A DNA stretch of 59,719 nt, taken from assembly GCA_004298665.1 (NCBI GenBank), contig SCQY01000254.1, positions 1 through 59,719 of the forward strand. The letters are read 5' to 3'. A program made the translations under genes and the position numbers. The stretch comes from a bacterium. GTDB lineage: Bacteria; Vulcanimicrobiota; Vulcanimicrobiia; Vulcanimicrobiales; SCRA01. The notes under the pieces are model-generated. The model searched no databases and was not told where the DNA came from. It saw nothing but the letters and a program-made list of their open reading frames with translations. Below are positions 27,810 to 37,922 of this stretch, one piece after another; positions within the stretch are counted from its first letter, which is position 1; each line of letters begins with the position of its first letter.

Positions 27810-29966
27810 ATGGAAGCCGTAGCCCTCGAAGGCCACGTCGCGCGGGTACTCTCGCACGACACCAGAACCAACGTTGCGCTCTTCCTGGTCGAGATGGCCT
27901 CGGGCGAGCGTCGTCGCGTGAGCAGCGTCGTGCCCCTGGAGCCGGTCGAGGGCACGGCCGTGCGCGTCGAGGGGCCTCAAGCGCTTGCCGGCGATGGCCG
28001 GCTCACCGTACGGGCCACCAGCCTGCGGATGGAACCACCCCTCCTCGGCAAGCCTCTGAGCCGCTACCTCGCCGCGATCGCGCCGTGGCTCAGCACCGAG
28101 GCCCTACGCCTGGTCACGGCGTTCGACGGCGACCTGGGAGAGGAGCTAGTTCCTGGGGTGCCGCACGCGACGGCCCTGCGGTTGCGAGAGGCCTGGCGCG
28201 ACCACGATCTCGACCTGGCGGACGTCGGCTTCCTTCGTCGAGTCGGGTGCCCTATGGGCGCGGCAGCCGCCGTCGTGCGTGCGCACCACGGCGAGTCGGT
28301 GCGTGAGCTCGCTGGTGAGGATCCGTACGGGCTTACGCGTGCGGGGCTACCCTGGTCGGTCGGCGAGAAGCTCGGGAGGTCGGCGCTCGTGAAGCCCGAT
28401 GATCCTCAGCGTATCGCCGCGGCGCTTCGTGAGGTCATGCGCCGGGCCTCCGAGCATGGGGACACCGCTTGCCCGCACCGCGAGTTGCTGGATGGCACGG
28501 CGGTCCTCGCCGACGCCACCCCGGAGGTCGTACAACGCGCCATTCTCGCCTCACTGCTCGATGGCGAGATCTCCGAGGTGGACCGCGGCTCGCGCGTTGA
28601 CTACCAGACGCGTCGCTGGCGCCAGCTCGAAACGGAACTCGCGGCCGACATTGCTCGCCTGAGTGCTAAGGTTGGGCGTCCACCCGATGTCCGGGATCCG
28701 CGGCTCGACCCCGATCAGAGGGCTGCAGTGTCGCAGGCATTGGCGGGCGGAGTGTCCATCGTCACCGGCGGTCCGGGGACTGGCAAGACCACGAGCGCGC
28801 GGAAGATCATCGAAGGCTGGCCGGGAGACGTCGTTCTCATGGCGCCGACCGGGATGGCCGCCAAGCGCCTTGGCGAGGCGACGGGGGCTACCGCGACGAC
28901 GATCCACGTTGCGTTGCGCGCGGCTCGCCGCGGCGAGGGATGGGCTTTCGGCTACGACCGTAGCAGGCCGCTCCATGGCGGCCAGCTGCTCGTCGTGGTG
29001 GACGAGGCCACGATGCTCGACGGCGAGATGGGGGCCGCGCTCATGGCCGCAGTCCCCGACGGAGCGGGTCTCGTGCTCCTGGGCGACGTCGACCAACTCC
29101 CGGCCGTGGGCCCAGGCAACGTCTTCGCCGACCTCATCACAGCCGGCGTCCCAACGGCGCGGTTGCGCAGGATCTGGCGCCAGGCTGGGGATTCCCCGAT
29201 CCCCTTCATCGCCGCGTCCGTTCGAGATGGCGAGCCCCCTGAGTTCCGGAGAGGCTCTGACGCGAGTTTCGTCGCCGGCCGGAACGCCCTCGCCAGCGCC
29301 GCTGCGCGTGTACGCGACCTGCGCGCCCAGGGCGCCGAGCTGTCCGACATCCGCGTGCTGGCTCCCCAGCACCGTGGGCCCACCGGCGTCGACGCCCTTA
29401 ATTTGACGCTCAAAGAGCTCTGGAATCCGACGCGCTCAGGCGAGGGGGTCGCGACCTCGCGGAAGATCGAGGGTCCCGACGGCGAGCAGGTGCAGGAGGT
29501 CCTTGCACCCGGCGACCGCATCATGGTCACGGCGAACGACGCGCTGCGGGAGGCCCGCAACGGGGATCTCGGGACTGTGGTCGCCTGCGGGTTCGACGGG
29601 GATCACCGGGCGTGGGTCGAGGCGATACGGGACGGCGGGGGCGGCATGCGGTTCGAGGGGACAGAGGTGCGCCGCCTCAAGTTGGCCTATGCGACAACCG
29701 TTCACAAAGCACAGGGGTCGGAGGCGCCGCATGTCGTGTTCGCGATCTCTGAGGCCGACCGGCTGATGGCCGACCGCGCCTTGGTCTATACCGCGATCAC
29801 GAGGGCACGGAATACCCTAACGGTGGTCGGCGACCCCGATGCCTTCGATGCAGCCGTGCTGCGTGCAGGAACGATGTCGATGCGGCAAACGGGGCTCGAG
29901 CCTCGCGTGCGCCAGGCTCTTATGAATCTCCAGGGGCCGCGCATGAGGATGACGGGAGTGGCATGA
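27810..29966 (+). CDS. recD2: RecD2-like SF1B helicase
   Basis: TGGPGTGKTT, MAPTGMAAKRL, VVDEATM, GDVDQLPAVGPG, LAYATTVHKAQGSE, YTAITRA. Confidence 0.92.
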   Translation: MEAVALEGHVARVLSHDTRTNVALFLVEMASGERRRVSSVVPLEPVEGTAVRVEGPQALAGDGRLTVRATSLRMEPPLLGKPLSRYLAAIAPWLSTEALRLVTAFDGDLGEELVPGVPHATALRLREAWRDHDLDLADVGFLRRVGCPMGAAAAVVRAHHGESVRELAGEDPYGLTRAGLPWSVGEKLGRSALVKPDDPQRIAAALREVMRRASEHGDTACPHRELLDGTAVLADATPEVVQRAILASLLDGEISEVDRGSRVDYQTRRWRQLETELAADIARLSAKVGRPPDVRDPRLDPDQRAAVSQALAGGVSIVTGGPGTGKTTSARKIIEGWPGDVVLMAPTGMAAKRLGEATGATATTIHVALRAARRGEGWAFGYDRSRPLHGGQLLVVVDEATMLDGEMGAALMAAVPDGAGLVLLGDVDQLPAVGPGNVFADLITAGVPTARLRRIWRQAGDSPIPFIAASVRDGEPPEFRRGSDASFVAGRNALASAAARVRDLRAQGAELSDIRVLAPQHRGPTGVDALNLTLKELWNPTRSGEGVATSRKIEGPDGEQVQEVLAPGDRIMVTANDALREARNGDLGTVVACGFDGDHRAWVEAIRDGGGGMRFEGTEVRRLKLAYATTVHKAQGSEAPHVVFAISEADRLMADRALVYTAITRARNTLTVVGDPDAFDAAVLRAGTMSMRQTGLEPRVRQALMNLQGPRMRMTGVA

Positions 29967-31000
29967 GAGAAGTTCTAGTCGAAGAAGCGATCGCGCACGC
30001 ACGGACGCGCGAGGCGTCGGATGTCTACCTGTGCGCCGGTGAGCCGACCGCGCTGCTGGTGGGCAAGAAGCTCTATCCTCAGGAGACGACCGTGAGCCCC
30101 GACGATCTCGAGCGCTTCCTCGAGGCATGTGGGATCCGCGACCTGAGCCAGCCCAAGCAACGGCTGAAGAACCACGGCTTCTGCGTAGTCGATCATGCCG
30201 ACTCTGCTGGGACGATGCGCTTAACCGTAACGAGGCCAGGTGGAAGGTACGACGTCTCAATCCGACTTCAGGGTGCCGAGCCTCCGGAGCTCGAATCGCT
30301 GGGCTGGCCAGCGAACATAGCAGAGTTCGCTAAGTTGCCCAAGGGTCTCGTGGTCATCACTGGGCCCGGTGGATCCGGGAAGACCTCGCTGCTGAGCGGT
30401 CTGGTGCGTCGAATCCTGGAGGTGGGCGGCCGACCTCTGTGGATGCTTGAGTCTCCGCCGGAGTTCCGCCACGCGCACCGCCAAGGGCGGGTCACGCAGT
30501 ATTCCGTTGGCCTTGACGGAGACTTCCCATCGTACGCCCACGGCGTCGTAGCGGCGATGACTGCTACTGTGGAGGTAGTCGTGGTCGGTGAGGCGACGGA
30601 GGCGGACGTCGCACGAGCCGCGCTCGATGCCGCGCGCTTGGGCAAGCTCGTCTTCGTCACGATGCACGCTGGGAACACGGTGCAGGCGCTCGAGCAGCTC
30701 GCGACCTGGGGCGTGTCGATGACGCAGTTGGCCCAGGAGATCGCCGGCGTGGTGTCGTTGCGCCTCATTCCCAAGCTTGGTGGCGGGCTACAGCCCGCCG
30801 CGGAGATGTGGTTGCCTGACGACGCGAGCCTTGCCCTCATCCGGTCTCGCGACGCAGACCTCGAAGGGTTGCGGGAGCGCATCAAGAGCGGGCACGGGAT
30901 GAACACGCTGGAATCAGCGTTGCGGATGCTCTGGAAGGGCGAGAAGATCACGCACGAGGATGCCAAGCGATACGCGGTCAAGCCAGGCGAGGTGCTGTAG
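29963..31000 (+). CDS. PilT/PilU-like secretion/retraction ATPase (divergent)
   Basis: ASDVYL, GLVVITGPGGSGKTS, ESPPEF, VVVGE, TMHAGN, GMNTLE. Confidence 0.8.
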   Translation: MREVLVEEAIAHARTREASDVYLCAGEPTALLVGKKLYPQETTVSPDDLERFLEACGIRDLSQPKQRLKNHGFCVVDHADSAGTMRLTVTRPGGRYDVSIRLQGAEPPELESLGWPANIAEFAKLPKGLVVITGPGGSGKTSLLSGLVRRILEVGGRPLWMLESPPEFRHAHRQGRVTQYSVGLDGDFPSYAHGVVAAMTATVEVVVVGEATEADVARAALDAARLGKLVFVTMHAGNTVQALEQLATWGVSMTQLAQEIAGVVSLRLIPKLGGGLQPAAEMWLPDDASLALIRSRDADLEGLRERIKSGHGMNTLESALRMLWKGEKITHEDAKRYAVKPGEVL

Positions 31001-31004
31001 CCTC

Positions 31005-31931
31005 GTGGAAGACGACCGCGCGTCCATTATCGCTGGCTGGGACCGGTGGATCCAAGCCGGCGGCGTCCCGTACGCAGAGGCCGATCCGGCGCGGATCGAG
31101 GCGGCATACACGCGGATCGCATGCCAAGAGCGCGTCGAGTCCGTCGCCCGAGCCGTGCTCGACGGGCTGCAGAAGGGCTTTAGCGCCGAGGTTGCAGCGT
31201 ACATCGGGGCCGACGGACGGACTTGGCGGATCGAGCGCGACGGCATCATCCGCAGCGGTGACCCGCCGCGCGTGCCGTGCGGTGACGAAGCAATGGGGCG
31301 GACGGATGACCTGAGTGCCCCGTTCGATGACGGCCGCTTGTGGTACGTGGTATTGCCGCTGCGTCACACTGGATTCGACGAGGGCTGGATCTACGCGGCT
31401 GGACAGCGCCTTGTCGACGTTGGTCGGTTGCGTGGTCTGGCCGCCTTTGTGACCTCCGTAGCGCAGAGCGTGCGTCTGCGCGCCGAAGCCGAACAGCGTG
31501 CGCTCACTGATCCGCTTACGCAGCTTCCGAATCGCCTAGGCCTAGAAGCCGCGGCTCGTAAGTGGTTGGCGCACGCCGAGCCGTTCATCGTCGGGTTCGG
31601 CGACGTTGATAACTTTAAGGCAGTCAACGACACAAAGGGACACGACGAGGGCGATCGCGTGCTCGTGCGGATCGGGCAGGTGCTCACCAGCGTGGTGCGT
31701 GAGGGGGATGTTGCCGCTCGCCTCCACGGAGACGAGTTCGTGTGCCTAGCGCGCGGGACAAGTGCCGAAGCCTTTCTTGCGCGGTTGAATCGAGCGCTGG
31801 AGGCAGCGTATCTGCAAATGTCCTGGGCGGCGGCCGTCTATCCGGCCGACGGCCGCTCCTGGGATGCGCTCAAGGTGGTGGCAGACGCGCGAATGTACGC
31901 GGTGAAACGTGCGCGCAAAGCCGGACGTTAG
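31005..31931 (+). CDS. Diguanylate cyclase (GGDEF domain, HGDEF variant, RxxD I-site)
   Basis: TDPLTQLPNR, DVDNFKAVNDTKGHDEGD, REGDVAARLHGDEF, ADARMYAVK. Confidence 0.88.
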   Translation: MEDDRASIIAGWDRWIQAGGVPYAEADPARIEAAYTRIACQERVESVARAVLDGLQKGFSAEVAAYIGADGRTWRIERDGIIRSGDPPRVPCGDEAMGRTDDLSAPFDDGRLWYVVLPLRHTGFDEGWIYAAGQRLVDVGRLRGLAAFVTSVAQSVRLRAEAEQRALTDPLTQLPNRLGLEAAARKWLAHAEPFIVGFGDVDNFKAVNDTKGHDEGDRVLVRIGQVLTSVVREGDVAARLHGDEFVCLARGTSAEAFLARLNRALEAAYLQMSWAAAVYPADGRSWDALKVVADARMYAVKRARKAGR

Positions 31932-32033
31932 CGCGCGAGCTCGACGACGATGACGAGAACGGCCAACGCTATAGCGGCGCCAACGAGCATCCATCCGAGT
32001 CGGTGGATGAAGGGGCGCTCCGAGGCGCTGTTG

Positions 32034-32588
32034 TCAGGGCGTGGCGATGAAGACGGCATCAGATGGCAATCCCAAGTGAGCGGAGAGGTGTGCGCGGAGC
32101 GCTTCCTTCGAGTGGTGCCACACGTAGAAGTCGTCGGATTTGAGATGGGGGCTTCCGTACAGACGCCCGGTACGCGTGTCGTATCCATAGACGGGCTCGC
32201 CGCCGATGGTGCCCAGCAGGAATGTATGTTCTTCCGGCCACTCGTCGAGGAACCGGACTCCGATGATGTCGGCCAGCCCGACGTGCTCGGCGTCGGGGCC
32301 GACAAGCGCCAGACGCAGGAGCCCTCGTACCGACTCGATCGCCTGATACTCGTCGGATCGCGTCCCGCCCGGTTCGCCCTCGAGCTCGATGGATGCGTGG
32401 CGCAAGGTTTCCAGCGCCAGGGTTGCCAGGAGGGTGGCCATGGTCAAGCGTTCGTCGCGCGGAAGGGAGCGGGCAGCTACGGTGACGTCGCCGAGCGTAT
32501 CGATCACTTCGGAAAGCAGGCTAGAGCTGGTCGGGAAGTCCGTCATATCTGGACCGTAGCACGCGAGTCTCTGAAAGTCGAGCGACAC
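32034..32588 (-). CDS. Hypothetical protein
   Basis: Coherent acidic ORF opposite the block. Confidence 0.45.
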   Translation of the reverse strand: MSLDFQRLACYGPDMTDFPTSSSLLSEVIDTLGDVTVAARSLPRDERLTMATLLATLALETLRHASIELEGEPGGTRSDEYQAIESVRGLLRLALVGPDAEHVGLADIIGVRFLDEWPEEHTFLLGTIGGEPVYGYDTRTGRLYGSPHLKSDDFYVWHHSKEALRAHLSAHLGLPSDAVFIATP

Positions 32589-32593
32589 CCGCT

Positions 32594-34153
32594 GTGATCG
32601 CGTTGCCGACCTGGAGCATCCCTATGCGGGCATGGCAGGCTCGCGCCGTGCGCGAGTGGGTAGCTGTTCGCCCGGAGAACGCGACCTGGGTAGCGGCGCC
32701 GGGATCGGGGAAGACGCTGGCCGCCGCTCGCCTTGGACACGGGCTGTTGCGCGCCGGCCATGTGAACCGCATCATCACCGTCGTTCCGCGGCTGCACCTG
32801 AAGCGGCAAATCTCCCGCACTTACGGTCGGGTTGGGATTCCGGTCGAGCACCGTTGGCAGGGAGAGCGTTGGCCGGCAGATGCGCTAGGCGTGGCCGTCA
32901 CCTACCAGCAGGTCGCCGCCGATCCCGAGCGCATGGCGGCCTATGCAGCGGATGCTCTCGTGCTCTTGGATGAGGTCCACCACGCCGGCGCCGATGCGGC
33001 ATGGGGCAAGGCCCTCTACGCGGCCTTCGAGCGTGCGCCGTACCGGTTGTCGCTCTCGGGGACCCCCGTGCGCACCGATCGTACGCCGATCCCTTTCGTG
33101 GAGTACGACCACCTCGGGCGCTATCGGGCGGATATCGTCTACGGCTACGCTGACGCAGTAGCGGAGGGGGTCTGTCGTCCCCTGGTCTTCGTGCTGGGCG
33201 ACGGTGCGGCACGCTGGCGTACGAACGACGGAGAAGAGGTGGAGGCATCCTTCACGGAGGCCGGGAGGCTCACGGCAAACCGACGGCGAGAGCTCATGCG
33301 CACGCAGCTTGAGCTTGGCATGCACGGGTTGATCGAGCGTGCAAATCGGGCGCTACTGCGACTGCGCGCGGAGGAAGCCCCAGACGCTGCAGCCCTGCTC
33401 GTAGCGCGCGACCAGGACCACGCCAGACGGATGGCCGGCCTCGTCTATGCGATCACCGGCGAGCGGCCCGAGTTGGTGATTTCCGACGAAGAGGGGGCGG
33501 ATCGGGCGCTGGAAGCCTTCTCGCGCGGGCGTGGGAGCTGGGTGGTCTCCGTGCACATGGTTTCGGAGGGAGTCGACATACCTCGCCTGCGGGTTGGAGT
33601 ATTCGCCTCCGCAGTGACCACGGAGCTGTACTTTCGGCAGTTCTGCGGGCGCCTCGTGCGCGGCGCCACCGAGCGCGCCGAAGGCCAGGGGTACGTGTAC
33701 CTGCCCGCCGAGCCCGCGCTGGTTTCCCATGCGCGGGAGATCCGCGCGGAGTTAAAGGGGGTCGTGGTGCGACCGAACGTGCGCGCGACGATCCCGGTGC
33801 CACAGGAACCTCACGCACGCGAGCTGGGGCAGTACGAGGCGCTCTACGCCGGACTCGCCGTGGTCGCCTCCGTGCACGGAGAAGAGCCGAGCGACCAGGA
33901 ACGCCAGGAAACGCGAGAATCAAGCATCGCAGCAGGAACCACTACAGGAACAGATAAAGTAGCGCTCCAAGCCGAGGTCGTTGAGCTGGTCCGGCGTGTA
34001 TGTCGGGCGACAGGCCAAGAGCCCCGCGCCATTCACGGGCGGCTCAAGGCAAGATTCGGCGACGACCTGCGAGGAGCGACGTTGTGGACGCTACAAGGGA
34101 GGATAGCCGAGCTGCGGGACTGGTTGAAAGCCGCCCATTCGGCCGCCTCGTAA
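32594..34153 (+). CDS. SF2 DEAD/DEAH-box helicase (ResIII-like)
   Basis: RAWQ, APGSGKT, LLDEVHH, LSGTP, VHMVSEGVDIPRL, FRQFCGR. Confidence 0.9.
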   Translation: MIALPTWSIPMRAWQARAVREWVAVRPENATWVAAPGSGKTLAAARLGHGLLRAGHVNRIITVVPRLHLKRQISRTYGRVGIPVEHRWQGERWPADALGVAVTYQQVAADPERMAAYAADALVLLDEVHHAGADAAWGKALYAAFERAPYRLSLSGTPVRTDRTPIPFVEYDHLGRYRADIVYGYADAVAEGVCRPLVFVLGDGAARWRTNDGEEVEASFTEAGRLTANRRRELMRTQLELGMHGLIERANRALLRLRAEEAPDAAALLVARDQDHARRMAGLVYAITGERPELVISDEEGADRALEAFSRGRGSWVVSVHMVSEGVDIPRLRVGVFASAVTTELYFRQFCGRLVRGATERAEGQGYVYLPAEPALVSHAREIRAELKGVVVRPNVRATIPVPQEPHARELGQYEALYAGLAVVASVHGEEPSDQERQETRESSIAAGTTTGTDKVALQAEVVELVRRVCRATGQEPRAIHGRLKARFGDDLRGATLWTLQGRIAELRDWLKAAHSAAS

Positions 34154-34704
34154 GCGAGAGCCCCTGGCGCGATCGTTTCCGTGACCTTGGGGCTAAGCGC
34201 CCGGAGGTCGCAGCGCATGGTGTGCGCGTAGCGCTCCTGGCCTCTAGCATGGCGTTCTGCTTCGGCCTCTCGCGGGAAGAAAGCGCCATCGTTCGCAGCG
34301 CGGCACTCCTGCACGACTTGGGCAAGATCGAGACGCCGCTGACCATCCTGGAGAAGCCAGGTCCGCTGCAGCCGGCCGAGCGCGTCCTCATGGACCGCCA
34401 TGCCGCCGCTGGCGAGAGGCTCCTTCAGGATGTGCCCGCGTGCGAGCGCCTCGCGCTCATCGTTGGCCAGCATCACGAGCGTTTCGACGGCAGTGGGTAT
34501 CCGCGCGGGCTCGCTGGGGCGGCGATTGACCCGGCCGCCCGAATCGTCACCGTCGCCGACGCCTTCGTCGCGATGATCGAGGATCGTCCTTACAGCCAGC
34601 GCCGTTCGCGTGTCGATGCACTCGCTGAGGTCCGACGCTGTTCTGGAACCCAGTTCGACGCCGCGGCTGTTGCCGCACTGTTCGCAAGCGAGGGATACCC
34701 GTGA
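34000..34704 (+). CDS. HD-GYP cyclic-dinucleotide phosphodiesterase
   Basis: LLHDLGK, HHERFDGSGYP, ADAFVAM..DRPY, GTQFD; true start probably near 34150, unclear. Confidence 0.88.
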   Translation: MSGDRPRAPRHSRAAQGKIRRRPARSDVVDATREDSRAAGLVESRPFGRLVSESPWRDRFRDLGAKRPEVAAHGVRVALLASSMAFCFGLSREESAIVRSAALLHDLGKIETPLTILEKPGPLQPAERVLMDRHAAAGERLLQDVPACERLALIVGQHHERFDGSGYPRGLAGAAIDPAARIVTVADAFVAMIEDRPYSQRRSRVDALAEVRRCSGTQFDAAAVAALFASEGYP

Positions 34705-34940
34705 GCATTCCTTACGCCCCAACTCGCGCGCGCGACCGTGCGCTGGCCCTCGTTGTGGACCTCAACACCGCGCACTACACGCATGAATCCGAGACGGTGG
34801 TCCTCGGCCGCCATGGCGTCGATTACATCAACGACTCCGACCAGCGATGGTCGAAGGGGTGGTCGCTCGGCGACGGGTGGGCTGTCTACTTCGATCAAGA
34901 TCTGAGACTCTATCGCGTCGCCATACCGGAGGCAGCGTGA
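34701..34940 (+). CDS. Hypothetical protein
   Basis: GTGA overlaps at both ends. Confidence 0.5.
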   Translation: MSIPYAPTRARDRALALVVDLNTAHYTHESETVVLGRHGVDYINDSDQRWSKGWSLGDGWAVYFDQDLRLYRVAIPEAA

Positions 34941-35626
34941 GCGCGCGTGCCCGCTCCGCACGCTCGAGTAGTGGTTTCTTCGTGCTGGTTACCGCCGCGG
35001 GCGCCGCCTGGGTTTGGCCGCACGGTGCAATGCGCTTTGCACCCCTACTGCGGTCGGTGTTTGTGCCATGGCTGGCGGCGGCCCTCGTTGTCGCCGGCGG
35101 CGCGTTGGTGGCGCTGACTGCGTTCCGAGACGCGAGCGCGCGGCGCGAGCGTGGCCAAGTGTGGCGTCTGCGCAAGATGGATGGAGGCAGCTTCGAGGAC
35201 CACGTGGTCCATACGCTACGCGCCCTCTCATACCGCGTCGAGTGGACGGGGAAGGGCGGCGCCGACCAAGGCGTAGACGTAGTAGCGGAGCGCGACGGCC
35301 GTCGCATCGCTGTGCAGGCCAAGCAATACAGCGGAACCGTCGGCAACGCTGCGATTCAACAGGTCTTCGCCGGAATGACTCACTACGGTTGCGATGGCGC
35401 CGTGGTCGTTTGCACGAGCGGTTTCACTAAGGCTGCGCGCGAGCTCAGTGCGAGCACCAACGTCACGCTGGTCGACGGGGAGGGCTACGCCGCCCTCGTA
35501 CGCGAGGCGTTCGGCAACGGCGACACGCTGCGCTGGCGGATCCCGGCCTTGAAGTCTCTCTTCGTTCCACTGGCGTGCGTAGCCGCCGGCGTGCTTCTCG
35601 CTATCGCTCACACAGGAAGGTGGTAA
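34937..35626 (+). CDS. Membrane-anchored Mrr-cat restriction endonuclease domain protein
   Basis: N-terminal TMs; FEDHV, GADQGVDVV, IAVQAKQY, FTKAARELS. Confidence 0.85.
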   Translation: MSARARSARSSSGFFVLVTAAGAAWVWPHGAMRFAPLLRSVFVPWLAAALVVAGGALVALTAFRDASARRERGQVWRLRKMDGGSFEDHVVHTLRALSYRVEWTGKGGADQGVDVVAERDGRRIAVQAKQYSGTVGNAAIQQVFAGMTHYGCDGAVVVCTSGFTKAARELSASTNVTLVDGEGYAALVREAFGNGDTLRWRIPALKSLFVPLACVAAGVLLAIAHTGRW

Positions 35627-35630
35627 GTCG

Positions 35631-36137
35631 ATGAACGGAACCCACGTTTCCCCGGACCTCGGAGACACCGTTTACGTAGCGAATGTCATCCGTGCCGGCG
35701 AGGAGGAGGACTACGGGGTCGCGAGCCCCGTTTACCAGGTGCTGCAAGGGCGAGTCCTCGATCCGCGTACGGAGGGCGGCTTCGTCCTTTTCACCGCGCC
35801 CGTCGAAGGGAGAGAGGTGCGTCTCGCTGCTGCGCCGGAGCGCTGCTGGAGTTCGCCGGGAAATGCTGGCCGGGAAGCGTACCGGGCATCCCTTGCGGAC
35901 GAACGGGTGCGGCGGCAGGACTTGGAAGAGTTCCCGGCGATCGCGCATCGGAACGCATGGTCGCCGGCGGAAGCCGAGATCGCCAAGATGCGCGCCGTCG
36001 ACAACATCAAGACGATCGAGACGGCACGCGCGGCGCTATTCGCCGACCTCCAGCAGAAGTACGGGATCCAGCAAGAGGCGATCGAGGAGCCGGTGATTGC
36101 TCCGAAGAGGCACCGCCTGGGTTTTGGCCTGTCGTGA
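35631..36137 (+). CDS. Hypothetical protein with basic C-terminal tail
   Basis: Coherent ORF in the operon; ends PKRHRLGFGLS. Confidence 0.6.
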   Translation: MNGTHVSPDLGDTVYVANVIRAGEEEDYGVASPVYQVLQGRVLDPRTEGGFVLFTAPVEGREVRLAAAPERCWSSPGNAGREAYRASLADERVRRQDLEEFPAIAHRNAWSPAEAEIAKMRAVDNIKTIETARAALFADLQQKYGIQQEAIEEPVIAPKRHRLGFGLS

Positions 36138-36712
36138 GAGTGCAGCCCGCAGCTACGGCGGGTCCGCGAGGCCCGTGGATCGCCACGCGTACTGGCCGCT
36201 ACTACCTCTTCTGCCCGAGTTCGCGCGACATCGACATCGAGACGATCGCGCACGCCCTGTCGAACCAATGTCGCTGGAGCGGTCAAGCCGCATTCTATTC
36301 CGTAGCGCAGCACTCGGTGTTTGTTTCCGAGCACGTGCCGCCGGAGGACGCCCTCGCCGGGTTGCTCCACGACGCCGCGGAAGCATACGTGCGCGACGTT
36401 CCGACTCCCCTCAAGCATGATCCGGCGATGGCCCGCTTCTGCGAAGTGGAGGAGCTCGGTATGCGGGTGATCTCCGAGCGATTTCGCCTCCCGTGGCCGC
36501 TCCCGGAGTCTGTACACATCGCCGATCAGCGAGCCTGCGCCACGGAGTGGCGGGACATCCTCCCGCCGGTGATGGCGGCTCAGTGGGTTCCAGTCGCTCA
36601 GCCGTTCAACGCGCGCATCACGCCATGGCCTCCGGAAGAGGCGCGCCGACGATTCCTGGCGCGTTTCACGGACCTCTTCCCGGCCGTTCCCGCGGCGGCC
36701 GTATCTGCATAA
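36134..36712 (+). CDS. HD-domain phosphohydrolase (YfbR/YfdR-like, phage type)
   Basis: IDIETIAHALSNQCRW.G...YSVAQHSV, LLHDAAEAY..D, ADQRACATE. Confidence 0.85.
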   Translation: MRVQPAATAGPRGPWIATRTGRYYLFCPSSRDIDIETIAHALSNQCRWSGQAAFYSVAQHSVFVSEHVPPEDALAGLLHDAAEAYVRDVPTPLKHDPAMARFCEVEELGMRVISERFRLPWPLPESVHIADQRACATEWRDILPPVMAAQWVPVAQPFNARITPWPPEEARRRFLARFTDLFPAVPAAAVSA

Positions 36713-36719
36713 GGAGGGC

Positions 36720-37769
36720 ATCACCACGAGCGACAAGCAAAAGCCGCGTCACGATCGCGCCAACTTTCGCGAGGAGGCGACAGCCAAGGTCATCGAGATG
36801 ATCGAAGCTGGCGCCGCCCCTTGGCAGGTGCCGTGGTCCGTTCCGATGACCTGGCCGTATAATCCAACGACCGGTATGCGCTACCGTGGCGGTAACGCAA
36901 TGTGGCTCGCCGTCATGGGGATGGCGCGTGGGCATGGAGATCCGCGTTGGATGACGTTCAACCAGGCCAAAGAGCAGGGATGGAGCGTCCGCAAGGGTGA
37001 GCGCGGGACGTTGGTGGAGTATTGGCAGCGCACGACCGGGCAAGATCGGTTCCGCCAGCGCGAGATCGATGGTGACGGAAAGCTCATTCGCTCGAACGTG
37101 AAGAGCTATGGCGAGGTCGATGATCACTCGAGCGCCCCCACCGGCCGTTTAACGGTCCGATGCTTTGTCGTCTTCAATGGCAAGCAAATCGAAGGGATCC
37201 CCGAGCTAGTGGCGCCCCCGCTTCTCTGGGATCCGCTCGACCGGGCGGAGCAACTCGTGTCCGCGATAGGCGTCCCGATCTATCATGACGCGGGCGCGGC
37301 GTTCTACGTTCCGGCGAAGGACGAGATCCATCTCCCGCCGCGGGAGGCGTTCTCGGACCGGCAGGCCTACTACGCGACGCTCTTCCACGAGGCTGTCGGG
37401 CACGCGTCGGGGCATCCAATCCGGCTCAATCGCTTCCAGCTCGACAAGAGTTTGGCCGGAAAGGAGCGGGCGATGGAAGAGATGACGGCTGAGTTCACCG
37501 CGCTCTTCGCCTCCATGGAGGTCGGGCTACCCTTCCGCGCATCGGATCACGTCGGGTACCTCGCACACTGGCGCGAGCAGCATGGGGAGGACAAGCACGC
37601 GATCTTCCGCGCAGCGTCGGCGGCGCAGAAGGCGATGGACTATGCCTTGGAGCTTGAGTTGAAGATGCGGCTGCGACAGATGGAGCCGAACCTCACTCCT
37701 GACGCCGAGGAGCCGCGCCTAGCCGCCGCGGGCCACTTCGGCCGCAGCCTACACCTGGGAGGGTTCTAG
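36720..37769 (+). CDS. ardC: ArdC-family ssDNA-binding antirestriction protein
   Basis: MIEAGAAPWQVPW, YRGGN, RWMTFNQA...VRKGERG, VFNGKQIEG, YYATLFHE, EEMTAE; start upstream of ATG 36798 uncertain. Confidence 0.88.
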   Translation: MTTSDKQKPRHDRANFREEATAKVIEMIEAGAAPWQVPWSVPMTWPYNPTTGMRYRGGNAMWLAVMGMARGHGDPRWMTFNQAKEQGWSVRKGERGTLVEYWQRTTGQDRFRQREIDGDGKLIRSNVKSYGEVDDHSSAPTGRLTVRCFVVFNGKQIEGIPELVAPPLLWDPLDRAEQLVSAIGVPIYHDAGAAFYVPAKDEIHLPPREAFSDRQAYYATLFHEAVGHASGHPIRLNRFQLDKSLAGKERAMEEMTAEFTALFASMEVGLPFRASDHVGYLAHWREQHGEDKHAIFRAASAAQKAMDYALELELKMRLRQMEPNLTPDAEEPRLAAAGHFGRSLHLGGF

Positions 37770-37772
37770 ACC

Positions 37773-37922
37773 ATGGGAATCGATCAGAAGATCGCCGATG
37801 ATGAGCGCGCGATCTTGGAAACCGGCGAGCCACTTGAGGGATCGGGATTCGAGAATGAATCGGAAGCAGATTCCGGCGATCTCGAGGTCGACAATCTAGA
37901 CACGGCATCCAATCAAGCATGA
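37773..37922 (+). CDS. 49-aa highly acidic peptide (not in ORF track)
   Basis: GGAGG RBS; 15 D/E versus 2 K/R; ATGA overlap with next gene. Confidence 0.55.
   Translation: MGIDQKIADDERAILETGEPLEGSGFENESEADSGDLEVDNLDTASNQA

Noticed and set aside
36134-36712. DatZ / Z-base genome system
   Set aside because: The HD hydrolase is of a widespread family and no PurZ or dedicated polymerase is present in the window.
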